Source of the DNA: an uncultured Chloroflexia bacterium
Lineage (GTDB): Bacteria; Chloroflexota; Anaerolineae; Caldilineales; Caldilineaceae
Assembly (NCBI GenBank): GCA_963791135.1
Contig: CAWBRX010000001.1
Coordinates: 5,463-69,462 of the forward strand
DNA: 64,000 bases
Direction: 5' to 3'
Notes under the pieces: model-generated
Told to the model about the DNA's origin: nothing
The model's database searches: none
The model's input: the letters and a program-made list of their open reading frames with translations, nothing else
Position numbers and translations under genes: made by a program
Shown here: one piece after another, positions 1-10,349 of the stretch
Layout of the letters: each line of letters opens with the position of its first letter
Numbering within the stretch: the first letter of the stretch is position 1

Positions 1-497
1 GGCGGCAGGCTGTGCAGCTGCTGCAGAGTGGCGAACTGTACGCGGCTGCGCGCTACATTGGGCCGCCAACGCAGGGGCTGCTCCAGCGGCGTGTGCCCCA
101 GGGCTGGTCCACCACGCTGAGCAAGCTGCAGCATGTCACGGCTGCCCAGGATCTCGACGTGGCGCTGGAAACGGCGCTGCGGGCGTTAGGCGCTGCCGCA
201 CCCGAGTTCGAGCACAACTGGCCTGAAGTTGAGGCCGCATTCGGGTATGGGTTGATGCCGCAGCCAAGTTGGCTGGGGCTTAAGAAGTTGCCACCAGTAG
301 TGGAGTTCCGTATCAGCAACCGCAGCCGCGGCTACCTTCACGGCTGCCTGCAGCCTCTCGTGCCTTGGTTGAGCGTCGACTACCCGGACTTCGGTTGTTT
401 CCCGGGCCAGGAGGCACGCATCGCCATACGCACAAACTCACGTGTGCGCAGGACTACCGGATTACGCATGAAGCTTGTTCAGCTGCAGATTAACTAA
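1..497 (+). CDS. C-terminal part of a hypothetical protein entering from upstream of the window
   Basis: Frame open from base 3 to the stop at 495-497 (track ORF 12..497). No domain I recognise. Confidence 0.35.
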   Translation, partial: RQAVQLLQSGELYAAARYIGPPTQGLLQRRVPQGWSTTLSKLQHVTAAQDLDVALETALRALGAAAPEFEHNWPEVEAAFGYGLMPQPSWLGLKKLPPVVEFRISNRSRGYLHGCLQPLVPWLSVDYPDFGCFPGQEARIAIRTNSRVRRTTGLRMKLVQLQIN

Positions 498-525
498 CTT
501 TCTTGTGAACAACGGGCGGCGTCTC

Positions 526-1743
526 ATGACCAGCAAAAATACCCCTCAGGGCATCATGCATATCCCCTTCCGGCAGTCCGGCCTGGTTCTGGTGCTGGCC
601 GCTGCCGGACTGCTCGCTGCCTGCGGTCCTGGCGATAGCACGCCGAAAGCAACGCCGACCGGTGGCTTCGAGGTTACGACGCCGGATGTCCAGGCCGCCT
701 CAGCCAAGATGACCATCGAAGCCGCAATCAACAACAAAGATCCCGAAGGGGGCGCTACCTTCACGCCTGCGCCACCCAAAGACACGCCGACTCCTATTCC
801 GGCCTCCCCGGAGGTGGCGACGAACACAGCTGAGCCTGCCACGCCGACCTTTACGTTGACGCCGCCGACCGCACCCACGACAGTCCCAACGACAGTCCCA
901 ACGGAAACGCCGGCACCTACGGCAACGCCGATCCCGCCGCCCACACCGGATCAGCCCGCCACGGCCACGGCGCTGGCACGTGAACTGGCGACAGCCGTTG
1001 CGGCTACCTTGACGGCGGCGGTGACGCCAACCGAGACACCCGACATTGAGGCTACCATGCAGTCGCGCATGGCCACGTCGGTGGCAGCCACCTTAACTGC
1101 CCAGCCTACACCGACGCACATGCCGACACCAACGTTTACGCCGTCGCCAACCAAAACACCGCCTCCGACTGTCAACTATCAAGCGACGCTCGATGCCAGG
1201 CTGGCCACGTCAGTAGCAGCCACGCTGGTGGCTCAGCCCCTCCCAACTGTGCCACCTACTTTGCCCCCACCTCCACCTGTGTCTGGAGCGGCACAAGAAC
1301 TGCAAGCGCGGTTGGGCGGCGCTCGCATCGGCAGCCGCTTCCCCAATGAAACGTATGCCTTTGTCGGCGCGATCGGGGCGCACATCAACGACTTCCAGCT
1401 GCCTACGCTGGGAATCACGACAAACTCGATGAACGATGCCCTGCGCCGCAGCGGTGCGGCCGACCGCGCCAATGCCCTGGTTAATCAAATCTGGGGGGAC
1501 TGGCTTGGAGACGTGAAGGCGAAAGGCCTAAACGCTTACACGAGCGATCCCAGCAGTGCCGGGCTGTCGCCGTTCCGGCAGTTGGTAATCCGGTTGATTC
1601 AGGGACGGCAGGGCGCGTTGGTAGATAACCAGCAGCATGGCCTCTACAACTTCTTCACCCGCAACGAGGAGGACCATGTCTGGTACGACAATGTCAACGG
1701 CGTGATCGGGGCGGTCAACCGCGAGAGCTTCCTATGGCCATAA
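526..1743 (+). CDS. Secreted lipoprotein, unknown function, with PT-rich linker carrying 'VAATLTAQ' motifs
   Basis: Track ORF 475..1743; ATG 526 lies after the upstream stop. Lipobox LLAAC. Three copies of A-x-[AS]-V-A-A-T-L-[TV]-A-[AQ] (ATAVAATLTAA, ATSVAATLTAQ, ATSVAATLVAQ) separated by Pro/Thr runs. About 150-aa C-terminal domain (IWGDWLGDVKAKGLNAY...) of no family I recognise. Confidence 0.6.
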   Translation: MTSKNTPQGIMHIPFRQSGLVLVLAAAGLLAACGPGDSTPKATPTGGFEVTTPDVQAASAKMTIEAAINNKDPEGGATFTPAPPKDTPTPIPASPEVATNTAEPATPTFTLTPPTAPTTVPTTVPTETPAPTATPIPPPTPDQPATATALARELATAVAATLTAAVTPTETPDIEATMQSRMATSVAATLTAQPTPTHMPTPTFTPSPTKTPPPTVNYQATLDARLATSVAATLVAQPLPTVPPTLPPPPPVSGAAQELQARLGGARIGSRFPNETYAFVGAIGAHINDFQLPTLGITTNSMNDALRRSGAADRANALVNQIWGDWLGDVKAKGLNAYTSDPSSAGLSPFRQLVIRLIQGRQGALVDNQQHGLYNFFTRNEEDHVWYDNVNGVIGAVNRESFLWP

Positions 1744-3156
1744 CACGGTCAGCTGCGGGGCTGCTGCTCGCAGTCTTGCTTGCCGGCTGTGGCGGGCAGG
1801 CCCCGGGAGTTGAGGTAGCCGGCGCGCCCGGCGCATACCGACACGATCGGAGAGGCCGCCAAGGCTACGGTCAACGCGGTCTTGACTCAGTCCGCTGCGC
1901 CAACTGACGTGCAGGGTCCTGGCGCGCCAGGTCCTATGAGCGGCGACGGCACGGACGATGCCACCACGGCTACTGCCACTTCCACTCCCTCGGCGACGTT
2001 GGCGGCGCCAGAGGTGCCTTCGCCTACTACGCTGCCGAGTGTTACACCCCTGCCGACTGCTACCCCTGCGCCGAGTGCTACACCTACGCCGTCCGCCACG
2101 CCCTTGCCGCCACCAACGGCGGATCTTGCTGCGACGCAGACGGCTCAGGCGCAGCAAGTTGCCGAAGCAGTGGCGGCAACCTTGGCCGTTCAGGCGACCA
2201 CGGCAGCGCTGGAGCACACGATGGCAACGGCAGTCGCCGCCACCCTGACTGCCCAGGCTCCACCGCCACCAACCCCTACCCCGACATTCACCGCCACGCC
2301 GCGCCCTACCTTCACGCCGACCTTTACCGCACCTCCCACGCCGACGCCTGCCCCGCCAGCGGCTAGTCTGCTGCTTGCGTATGTGTATGGCGATGTGGGC
2401 GACAGTGATATTCAAGTCTACGACCCCGCAAATGGCCGGACGTGGACAGTGGCCGACCGAGCGTGCGACGAAGCCGAACCCGACTGGATGCCCGATGGGC
2501 GCAGCATCGTGTACCAGGCAGACTGCGACGGCAGCTATGAACTCTATGCTGCCGACGTACAGACGCGGTCGGTGCGCAGGTTGACGTCCACGCCCGGCCA
2601 AGATGAGCGTGAGCCCGATGTTTCACCTGACGGCGGCTGGATCGTCTATCGCACCAACCGTGAGCAGAATGCCCGCAATGTAGACGGCAGCCTGGAGGTG
2701 CTCAACCTGCGCGGCGGCGACCCACAGGCACTCGGTATCAGCGGCCGATCGCCAAGCTGGTCGCCCGACGGCAAAGAGATTCTGTTTATGTCGGAGCGTG
2801 ACGCAGGTTGGGAGGTATACGTGTATTCATTGGACGACGGCAGCACGCGGCGGCTGACGAACTGCTCGCCAAACTGTCGCTTCCCTGCCTGGTCGCCTGA
2901 CGGCCAATGGGTCGTCTATCACTCTACGACGGGGCCGAATACGGCTGATGCCGAGACGATCTGGCGGGTGGCTGCCGGCGGGGGCGAACCAGAGATGGTG
3001 GTGACCGGCAGTGGCGCCGGCCGGCCGACCTGGTCGGCAGACGGGCTTATCGCCTTCAATTCGCAGCGTGGCATCGAAGCGGTGGATGCGCGCGGCCAAC
3101 AGCGGCGCACGCTGCTGCAGGACAACAGCCATTGGGCTCCGGCATGGTCACGATGA
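1734..3156 (+). pseudogene. TolB-like PD40 beta-propeller lipoprotein (frame-disrupted as sequenced)
   Basis: Signal/lipobox MAITRSAAGLLLAVLLAGC from ATG 1734, which overlaps the previous stop (ATGGCCATAA). Body is one frame over (track ORF 1882..3156), junction about 1819-1835. Blades: DWMPDGRSIVY, DVSPDGGWIVY, SWSPDGKEILF, AWSPDGQWVVY, TWSADGLIAF. Linker carries AVAATLAVQ and AVAATLTAQ. Confidence 0.65.
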
Positions 3157-3186
3157 ACGCAGTTAAGAAGTATCGTACGTTGATCC

Positions 3187-4428
3187 ATGCTTTCCGGTGT
3201 ACGCGCAGCGGCGAGCCTGCTCATGGCGGCCGGCTGCATGGCGCCGGCACCAGGGCCGGCTTCCCCGGGTATTACCACGCAGACCTACGCGGCACCTGTC
3301 GAACCGGCGATCTCGTTGGCTGTGAAGGAGACAGCGGAGCCCACAGTTGACCTGTCCCCCGAGTCCACTGAAGTTCCAACTGAGGCGCCCACTCAGGTTC
3401 CGACTGAAGTTCCGACCGAAGTTCCGACCGAGGTTCCTACCGAGGTTCCGACCGAGGCTCCGACCGAGGCTCCCGCAGTGCTGCCGACGGCAACCCCAGC
3501 GCCCGTGGACGATGACGAGAGTGAACCGCCGGCGCAGCCATACCTCTTCTCGCCGTTGTACGACGGCCTGGCCGCGGGTTACGGAGAGACACTGGCTACG
3601 GAGCGCTTTTTGCTGCACTACACGGCTGGAACGCTCCCTGCAGAGGACCCCCAGCACGTAGCGGATCTGATCATGGCTGCCCTGCTGCACCATGAGCAGC
3701 TCCTGGGTGTCACGCTGGACGGAACCTTTGACATCTATGCCGCGGGTACGTTGTTCGCCGCGCCGGACCAGGCGCTGCGGGGACGCAGCTTTTCTGCCAA
3801 TCGGCGTACATTCTTCCTTCACGATGGCACCGGCAGCCCGGCAGAGCAGGCGTATATCGCTGCGCATGAACTTACTCACCTGTCTGGCATGGAATACCTT
3901 GGGTGCGCCGAGCTCCGTCGTGTTGAGTGAGGGCACCGCCGTCTACGCGGGTATGGATTTTGTGCGCGGTCAGGAACTGCTGCCGCTGCGGGATTTCTGC
4001 GCGGTGTATTGGCAGGCGGGTGCACTGCCCCGGGTGTCGCAAGACCTGGACTTCCTGGGCCATATTCGCAACTTGGAGAACTACTACAGCGCGGGCTGCT
4101 TCGTCGAGTTCTTGATCGAGCGGTATGGCGCCCCCGCGTTCGGCAACCTATATGCAACCGGCGAGCTACGGCGCCGTATACGGCAAGAGCCTGCTTGAAC
4201 TGGAAGAAGAGTGGCTGGCTGACCTGGCCCAGTATGTGCCTTCGTTTGCCTACCCCCCGACCGATCTGGTCGCTGCGGTCGAGCAGGTCGAAGACGAGCT
4301 ATGGCGAACTGTTTGCTGCGTTCGATGGTACTCCGGAAGAACTGGCCCGGTACCGGGCCCTGGATCACGCAAGAATGGCCCTGCTGACGGGCCAACTGCA
4401 TGAAGTGCAGCTGTTCTACGGGCAGTAG
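3187..4428 (+). pseudogene. HExxH (MA-clan-like) metallopeptidase lipoprotein (three +1 frame breaks)
   Basis: Lipobox LLMAAGC and a PTEV tandem repeat. AAHELTHL zinc motif. Track fragments 3187..3930, 3692..4198, 4125..4403 and 4009..4428 read on from each other (frames 1->2->0->1). Confidence 0.5.
3364..3477 (+). repeat. 12-nt (4-codon) in-frame tandem repeat encoding (P-T-E-[VA])n
   Basis: Translated STEVPTEAPTQVPTEVPTEVPTEVPTEVPTEAPTEAP. About 9 imperfect copies with period 12 nt, inside the peptidase gene. Confidence 0.8.
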
Positions 4429-4454
4429 CCCGGCATCTCGAGAAGGATGGGTCT

Positions 4455-5052
4455 ATGGGGCGACGCAATCGACAAAAGGGCACGTTGTCGGCGACTTGGG
4501 GGTGTATGGTCTGGGTGCTCATGCTGGGCGCTCTGACCGTATTGGGGGCCTGCACATTCTATTTCCGTGAACCGCTAAAAGACACAATTAGCAATGTTCT
4601 TGCGACTCCAACACCATCTCCGGTTCCGACGCTCGCACCGGACTACAAGGCAATTGTCGACCAGTTCCGTCGCGCCGAGAGTGCCGCCGTCGCGTCGGCA
4701 CTCGACGACCGCAATGCCGACGTGCTGGCGGCGCTGGCTGTCTTCGCGTCCGGTGACGCCTTGGCCAGCGTTCAGAAGGAGGTGGCGAGTCTGCAGCGCA
4801 ACAATCGCTTTGAGAAGTTCACACTGGAAGAACCTTGAAGTTCAGCAGGTGATCCCGGATTCGCCCACGGTCGTCAAGCTGCTGGTAGACGAAACGCACC
4901 TGCGCCAGACCTATGCACGCGAGGCTAGCGGCGACAGTCTGTTGGGCACCGATCATTACCGCGCCAGTGTTGGCTACCAACTTGTCTACGACGGCCAGCG
5001 CTGGCGTGTGGACGACGTCGGGATTTCTTCGACTACACCGCTGCATCCGTAG
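4455..5052 (+). pseudogene. Membrane-anchored hypothetical protein (C-terminus tentatively NTF2/DUF4101-like; one +1 break)
   Basis: TM anchor WVLMLGALTVLGACTF. Fragment 4455..4838 ends ...NNRFEKFTLEEP* and continues in 4594..5052 as LEVQQVIPDSPTVVKLLVDETHLRQTY...YQLVYDGQRWRVDDVGI. Junction about 4826-4835. Confidence 0.4.
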
Positions 5053-5136
5053 ATTTACATAATGATGGCTGGCGCTGCAACCTTACGGCAGCAGTCACCA
5101 AGGAAAGAGATTGCGCGGAAGGCAAGGAGCAGGACA

Positions 5137-6460
5137 ATGGCCATACAAGTGACATCTGTCCGCTGCTTATATTTGGCGGCAGTGCTAGTCTTAGCTGCAT
5201 GTAGTTCCCAACCGCCCCGCCCAGCGGCGACACCGCTGGCAGCGCCACCGGATGCAACGGCCTCAGCTGCAGCAGTGGTAATTGCCGAGGCACTCGGCGT
5301 GGACGCAGCCACGCCTACGCCGGGTGAGGATGTCACTACCGCAACAGCCGCATCCGCCACGGCAGCACCTTTGCCCGTACAAACGGCAGTGGAACCGCCA
5401 GCACAGCCCCCAACGAAGCCCGCAACGGAAACTCCAGGAAGTTCCAACGGAAACTCCGACGGAAGTCCCAACGGCGTCAGCGACTGCGACGCCCATGCCC
5501 ACGCAGTCGCCGACGCCCGACCTGCCTGCTACAACTGCCGCGCATGCGCTGGCGATTGAAACCGCGGTGGCGGCGACACTTACCGCCCAGCCGACGGCTA
5601 CTCCCGACTGGGCAGCCACACAGGCTGCCCAAGAAGCAATGATTGCCACTGCGATCGCCGCCACGTTGGCAGCTCGTCCCACTGCGACGTTTACACCGCT
5701 GCCTACCGTAACCCCGCTGCCGCGCGCCACGCCAACGCCAACGCCCATCGTACCCACCCCTACGCCTGTCACTGTCCAGCGTTTCAGCATCGGCAGTTCG
5801 GCGCGCGGCCGTTCGCTCGACGTGGTGGAGATCGGCAGCGGCGGCCGCACGGTTATCCTTGTAGGCGGCCTGCATGCCGGTTTTGCTCCCAGCACTGTCA
5901 GCCTTGCGCAGCAGGCCGTGGACTATTTCACGGCCCACCCCGAAATTGTCCCGGGCGGCTTGAAACTGGCGATTGTCGTCAACGCCAATCCGGATGCCGG
6001 CTATGCACCCGGCAAGCTTGAGGGTCGGCTCAACGCCAACGGCGTGGATTTGAACCGCAACTGGGATTGCGATTGGCAGCCCCAGGCCAAGTGGCGTGAC
6101 CACACTGTGAGCGGCGGCAGCGCACCGCTGTCTGAACCCGAGACACAGGCGCTCGCAAGTTACATCTTGGGGCAGTCGACGGCCGCCGTAGTCTTCTGGG
6201 AAGCCAAGATGGACAACGGCCAGGTGTCGGCCGGTGGTTGCGGCGATCGGACGTTTGTATCGCAGCCAGTGGCGGAACTCTACGGTCGGTCTGCCGGATA
6301 TGTCGTAGAGCCGTGGGCGTGGTACCCGGTAAACGGCGATGCCTCCAACTGGCTCGACCGGCAGGGCATTCCTGCGATATCGGTGTTGATATTGGACTAC
6401 GAACGTGTAGATTGGGAAAACAACCTGCGCGGTATTCGCACATTGTTGGACAACTTATGA
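5137..6460 (+). pseudogene. M14-family zinc carboxypeptidase-like lipoprotein, paralogue 1 (one +1 break in linker)
   Basis: AAGGAG RBS 8 nt before ATG 5137. Lipobox LVLAAC. Linker motifs AVVIAEAL, AVAATLTAQ, AIAATLAAR. Catalytic-domain motifs GRLNANGVDLNRNWDCDW and SEPETQAL. Track fragments 5062..5559 and 5282..6460, junction about 5430-5450. Confidence 0.7.
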
Positions 6461-7575
6461 CGAAATACCTGGTGCTTCTCTTGCTCACGCTGTCACTTTG
6501 CAACTGCACGTGGTGGCCGGCACCGCAGCCTCCTGCCATGACGCCTCGCCTGCACCCATACGTGACTCTGCACGAGCCTTCAGCAGCAAGTGCGGCCGAG
6601 TCCGTGCCGCTGCCAACTGTGACGGTCGCTGCTGCGACAGCTCGTATTCGTGCCTGATGGAACAGCGTCTGGCGAGCAAGTGGCGGCGCGCACCACAGCT
6701 GGTGAAGCCGCGGCCGCGACGCTGCCTGCCGGCGCTGCCTTGTCTGCCACCCAGTCAGTGACTGCGACCGGCGTTGTGACAGACACTGCTCTCCTTGACC
6801 CTGCCTCTACTCAACCTGGCGTCATTGGAGGCCCCGTAGCAGGCGAGCGTGTGATTGGCTACTCTGTGCAGGGGCGGCCGATCACGGCTGCTGTGTTTGG
6901 CTCAGGGCCAGGACTTGTGGCCTTGGTAGGTGGAATCCACGGCGGCTATGAGTGGAATACGATTCTGACTGCTTATCAACTGCGCGACTACCTGCAGGCG
7001 AATCCTGGTGCAGTTCCGGCATCTCTCACCGTGTATGTGATTACGTCCGCCAACCCGGACGGCCAGGCGCTGATTACCGGCGGCGACGGCCGGTTTACCC
7101 CCGATCAACTGGCAGCCGACACCCGGCCCGGGGCGGTTGAATGCCAACGGTGTTGACCTGAATCGCAACTGGGATTGTCATTGGAGCCCGACCGCAACGT
7201 GGGGTGACACACCAGTCAGCGGTGGCAGACGCGCCTTTTTCTGAACCCGAGGCCGCAGCACTCGCCGCGTTTCTGACACAGCCCGATATGCAAGCCGTGA
7301 TCTTCTATCACAGCGCCGCCTCGGGTGTATTTGCCGGTGGCTGTGACGGTCCGTTTGCTCCCGGTGAGGCTCTTGGGCGGATCTACGCTGCGGCTTCCGG
7401 CTACCCGTTCCAGTCGCAGTTTACGAGCTACACAGTGACCGGCGACGCAACGGACTGGCTGGCGCGCCAGGGTATCCCGGCCCTGACAGTGGAATTCTAC
7501 AACCACCAGGATCTCGATTGGGACATAAACTTGGCCGGCACGCTGGCTGTACTCAGTGCGCTGGGCGATCGCTAA
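6457..7575 (+). pseudogene. M14-family zinc carboxypeptidase, paralogue 2 (three +1 breaks)
   Basis: ATG 6457 overlaps the stop of paralogue 1 (ATGA). GGIHGGYEWNT; GRLNANGVDLNRNWDCHW (frame 0, 7131-7184); FSEPEAAALAAF...GDATDWLARQGIPALTVEF. Frames run 1->2->0->1 (fragments 6238..6657, 6650..7156, 7204..7575). Confidence 0.65.
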
Positions 7576-7612
7576 GCGCCCGGCGTTCCTATTTGCGAAA
7601 GGGTGAAGCAGA

Positions 7613-8953
7613 ATGAGCATGCCTCTGCATCTCCAACTGACCTCCTGCCTGCTTCTGGCGGCTGCCTGCACCTTGATCGCCTGCGGTCCGCAGGCACCAG
7701 CGGCGACGCCCACTGCTGTGGCGGCAGTGACGCCCCCGGCAGATGTGACGGCAACTGCCGCCGCTGCGGTGATCGCCCAGGCGCTTGACCCTGCAACTCC
7801 GTACAATGCCGTCGATTTGACGCCGGCCACGCTACAGAATCTAAGCGCAGCGGGCGGCGCAACGCACACCCCTAGCCAACCAGCGACTACGCCCACACCT
7901 ATGGCGACGCCTACTCCTACGCGCGCGCCCACGAACACACCACTCCCCACGGCAGTGAGCGCGGTTACACCATCTGTCACACCCGCCAGCACAGCAACCG
8001 AGCCGCCCACGGCAGCCCTCAATGCGGCAGGTACTGAGCCTGTATTTGCGGAGCAAGTGGCCACGGCCTTGGCTGAGACATTGACTGCCATCCCGAGCGC
8101 AACTCTAAGCCCGACTCTTAGCCCAACCCTTAGCCCAACTCCGAGCCCAACTCCAAGTCCTGTCCCAACCAACACTGCGCTGCCCGCACCTACCAGTACA
8201 CGAGTACTGGTCGAGGCACCTGCGCCGCAAGCAGAACGAACATCGGCAAACATCGGCGCTGCCCATGTACCGGCACCGCGCTGGATTGCTGTCGCCCCCG
8301 GAGAGTTTGTCATGGGCAGTTCGGAAGACGATATCTGGTCGGCCGTAGCGGCCTGCAACGAGTGGGAAACCAATTGCCAATTCGCATGGTTTGACTCTGA
8401 GCTGCCGCGCCGGATTGTTTATCTGTTGCAATTTGACATAATGGAGAGCGAGGTGACCAATGCCCAATACTTGGAGTGTGTGGCTGCGGGCGCATGCAAG
8501 CCCGCAGGACGCTACGTAAGCGACTCCAATATCGCTTACTCCGCGACTTTCGAGCGTGACACCTATCCAGTGGTGGCTGTGAATTGGTACGACGCCCATG
8601 CGTACTGCTCCTGGATCGGCGGCAGGCTGCCGAGTGAAGAGGAATGGGAGAAGGCGGCGCGCGGGACGGATGGACGCACATACCCGTGGGGCAGTGCAAT
8701 TGATACCCGGCAGGCCCATATCTACAGCGGCGGCCCCGCAGCGGTGGGCAGTTCCTCGGGGGTAAGCCCCTATGGGATCTACGACATGGCGGGCAATGCC
8801 TTTGAGTGGACGAGCAGCAGCGACGGGGGCCGGTACGTGGCGCGCGGCGGTTCGTGGCTTACGTACCCATTCCGCGCCCGCGCTGCCGACCGCGGTACAA
8901 AACTTCCGCCCGACTTCGCGAACTATGATATCGGTTTTCGCTGCGCACGCTAG
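7613..8953 (+). CDS. FGE-sulfatase (SUMF1/formylglycine-generating-enzyme-like) domain lipoprotein
   Basis: Intact 446-aa ORF. Lipobox TLIAC. Linker motifs AAVIAQAL and ALAETLTAI. C-terminal domain has EVTNAQY, VAVNWYDAHAYCSWIGGRLPSEEEWEKAARG, PYGIYDMAGNAFEW, RGGSW and GFRCAR. Confidence 0.8.
   Translation: MSMPLHLQLTSCLLLAAACTLIACGPQAPAATPTAVAAVTPPADVTATAAAAVIAQALDPATPYNAVDLTPATLQNLSAAGGATHTPSQPATTPTPMATPTPTRAPTNTPLPTAVSAVTPSVTPASTATEPPTAALNAAGTEPVFAEQVATALAETLTAIPSATLSPTLSPTLSPTPSPTPSPVPTNTALPAPTSTRVLVEAPAPQAERTSANIGAAHVPAPRWIAVAPGEFVMGSSEDDIWSAVAACNEWETNCQFAWFDSELPRRIVYLLQFDIMESEVTNAQYLECVAAGACKPAGRYVSDSNIAYSATFERDTYPVVAVNWYDAHAYCSWIGGRLPSEEEWEKAARGTDGRTYPWGSAIDTRQAHIYSGGPAAVGSSSGVSPYGIYDMAGNAFEWTSSSDGGRYVARGGSWLTYPFRARAADRGTKLPPDFANYDIGFRCAR
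8105..8164 (+). repeat. 12-nt in-frame tandem repeat encoding LSPT/PSPT
   Basis: Translated LSPTLSPTLSPTPSPTPSPV; five imperfect 12-nt units. Confidence 0.7.
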
Positions 8954-9089
8954 GAGCATGTCTAAGGCCATCGTTCAGTTCGCACGCCCACGTGCGATTC
9001 TCCGGCACGCCCACGTGCCCTCTATCCAATGATGATTAACAGACCGCTATCGGATTTGTGCGGCATACGCCAGAGCAGGAGGTGCTTAC

Positions 9090-10239
9090 TTGCCAACCAA
9101 CACGATTCGTCCTCATGGTCCCGCGGCTGCGCGCATGGCTTTGGCATGCACAGTGTTTTTGGGTGCCTTGCTCGCCAGCTGCGCCGCGCCGGCAAAGCCC
9201 GGCAGCGCGCCGGCAGGTGACACCACCGCCGTGACGCCCGACGCTACGGCCACGGCTGCTACCCAGGTGATTGCCGGCGCACTTGGCGCAAGTGCCGCTG
9301 CCCCCACCTCTGTGCCGGCACCGACCACGGCGCCTGCCGAGCGCGACGGCAACCCCGACACCAGTCCTTCTCTTCGCGGCTACCGCTACACCTTCTCCCT
9401 CTAGCACACCGACGACAGTCAGTACCTCCACGCCCGATGCCGCAGCCTCGGCAACCGCTATGGCTGTGCAGATCGTCGAGGCGCTCAACGCAACGTTGAC
9501 GGCGATACCCACATCAACTGCAACGGCGACTATCACACCTACGCCCACCAACACGCCCAACGCCGCTGCGACGAGCGCCGCCATCGAAACACGTGTGGCC
9601 GACAATGTTGCCGCCACACTGGCGGCGGCCCTTGCTGCCCAGTCAACTGCGACGCAGCCGCCGGCTCAGGCTGCTGCTCTCGACGTTGGTGCAGCGGTAG
9701 TCGTTGTGTCCACGCCTGTGCAGGTGATATCCACTCCGGCGCCGATCGTTTGCTCGGAGGTAGCTGCCGCTGAATTGAGCGGCTTGTGGCAGGCTGACCT
9801 GGGCTGCCCGGTCGGTCAGGCCCATCTCACCTGGGCCTCATGGACGCCCTACGAGCGCGGCTACATGCTATGGCGGGACGACACCCACCTCATCTACGGA
9901 TTTTTCAACAGCGGTTGGTGGCAGGCAGTGGCCGATGTGTGGGATGGCCAGTCGCCCACCCCGTCTCGTGGGGCGCCGGCACCTGGCCTGCTGGAACCAG
10001 AACGCGGTACGGGTCACATCTGGGGCACAAACGACACTTTTTTCAACGAACTCGGGTGGGCACGCGACAAGCAGAAAGGGTTCTGCGCCCTCGTGCAGGA
10101 GTTTGAGTACGGGTTCCTGCTGCGCAGCAGCCAGGTGGAGTTCTGTAAAGACGCCTTGTACAACCACGCTCGTGAGGGCGACTTCTCGCTGAGTTCGCTG
10201 CGTGCATACGCAGGCGGCGGCTGGCGCCTTAACCGATAG
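9090..10239 (+). pseudogene. Lipoprotein with uncharacterised Trp/Cys-rich C-terminal domain (one +1 break)
   Basis: AGGAGG 7 nt before TTG 9090. Lipobox LLASC. Linker motifs TQVIAGAL, EALNATLTAI, NVAATLAAALAAQ. Fragments 9090..9404 and 9271..10239. The C-terminal domain (LGCPVGQAHLTWASWTPYERGYMLWR...IWGTNDTFFNELGWARDKQKGFCALVQEFEYGFLLRS) has a paralogue at 59.0-59.5 kb. Confidence 0.55.
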
Positions 10240-10349
10240 GCACTTGGCAGGAAAGCGGCAAACTTGCGCCGGGGATGAAAGAAACCGGCCCCTTTCTGCA
10301 TTATACCTGTTAGCGACTCATGTTGTGTTAGCGAAAGGACGTCCCGACT

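Noticed and set aside
1732-2601. Long antisense or alternative-frame ORFs rich in Arg/Gly/Ala. Examples: 1732..2601(-), 7216..8373(-), 10014..10967(-), 11635..12660(-), 47266..48270(-), 50848..52152(-), 62181..63497(-), and the long stretches of 47317..50895(+) that read as RRRP/PAPT runs.
   Set aside because: These are typical shadow ORFs of high-GC DNA. They overlap frames with clear conserved-domain content, have low-complexity composition and lack RBS or domain signals.
3364-3477. Short periodic DNA repeats (3364-3477, 8105-8164, PT-linker regions), considered as possible CRISPR or minisatellite arrays.
   Set aside because: The period is 12 nt, in frame, and encodes Pro/Thr linkers inside genes. 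There are no 25-40 nt repeats with unique spacers and no cas genes.
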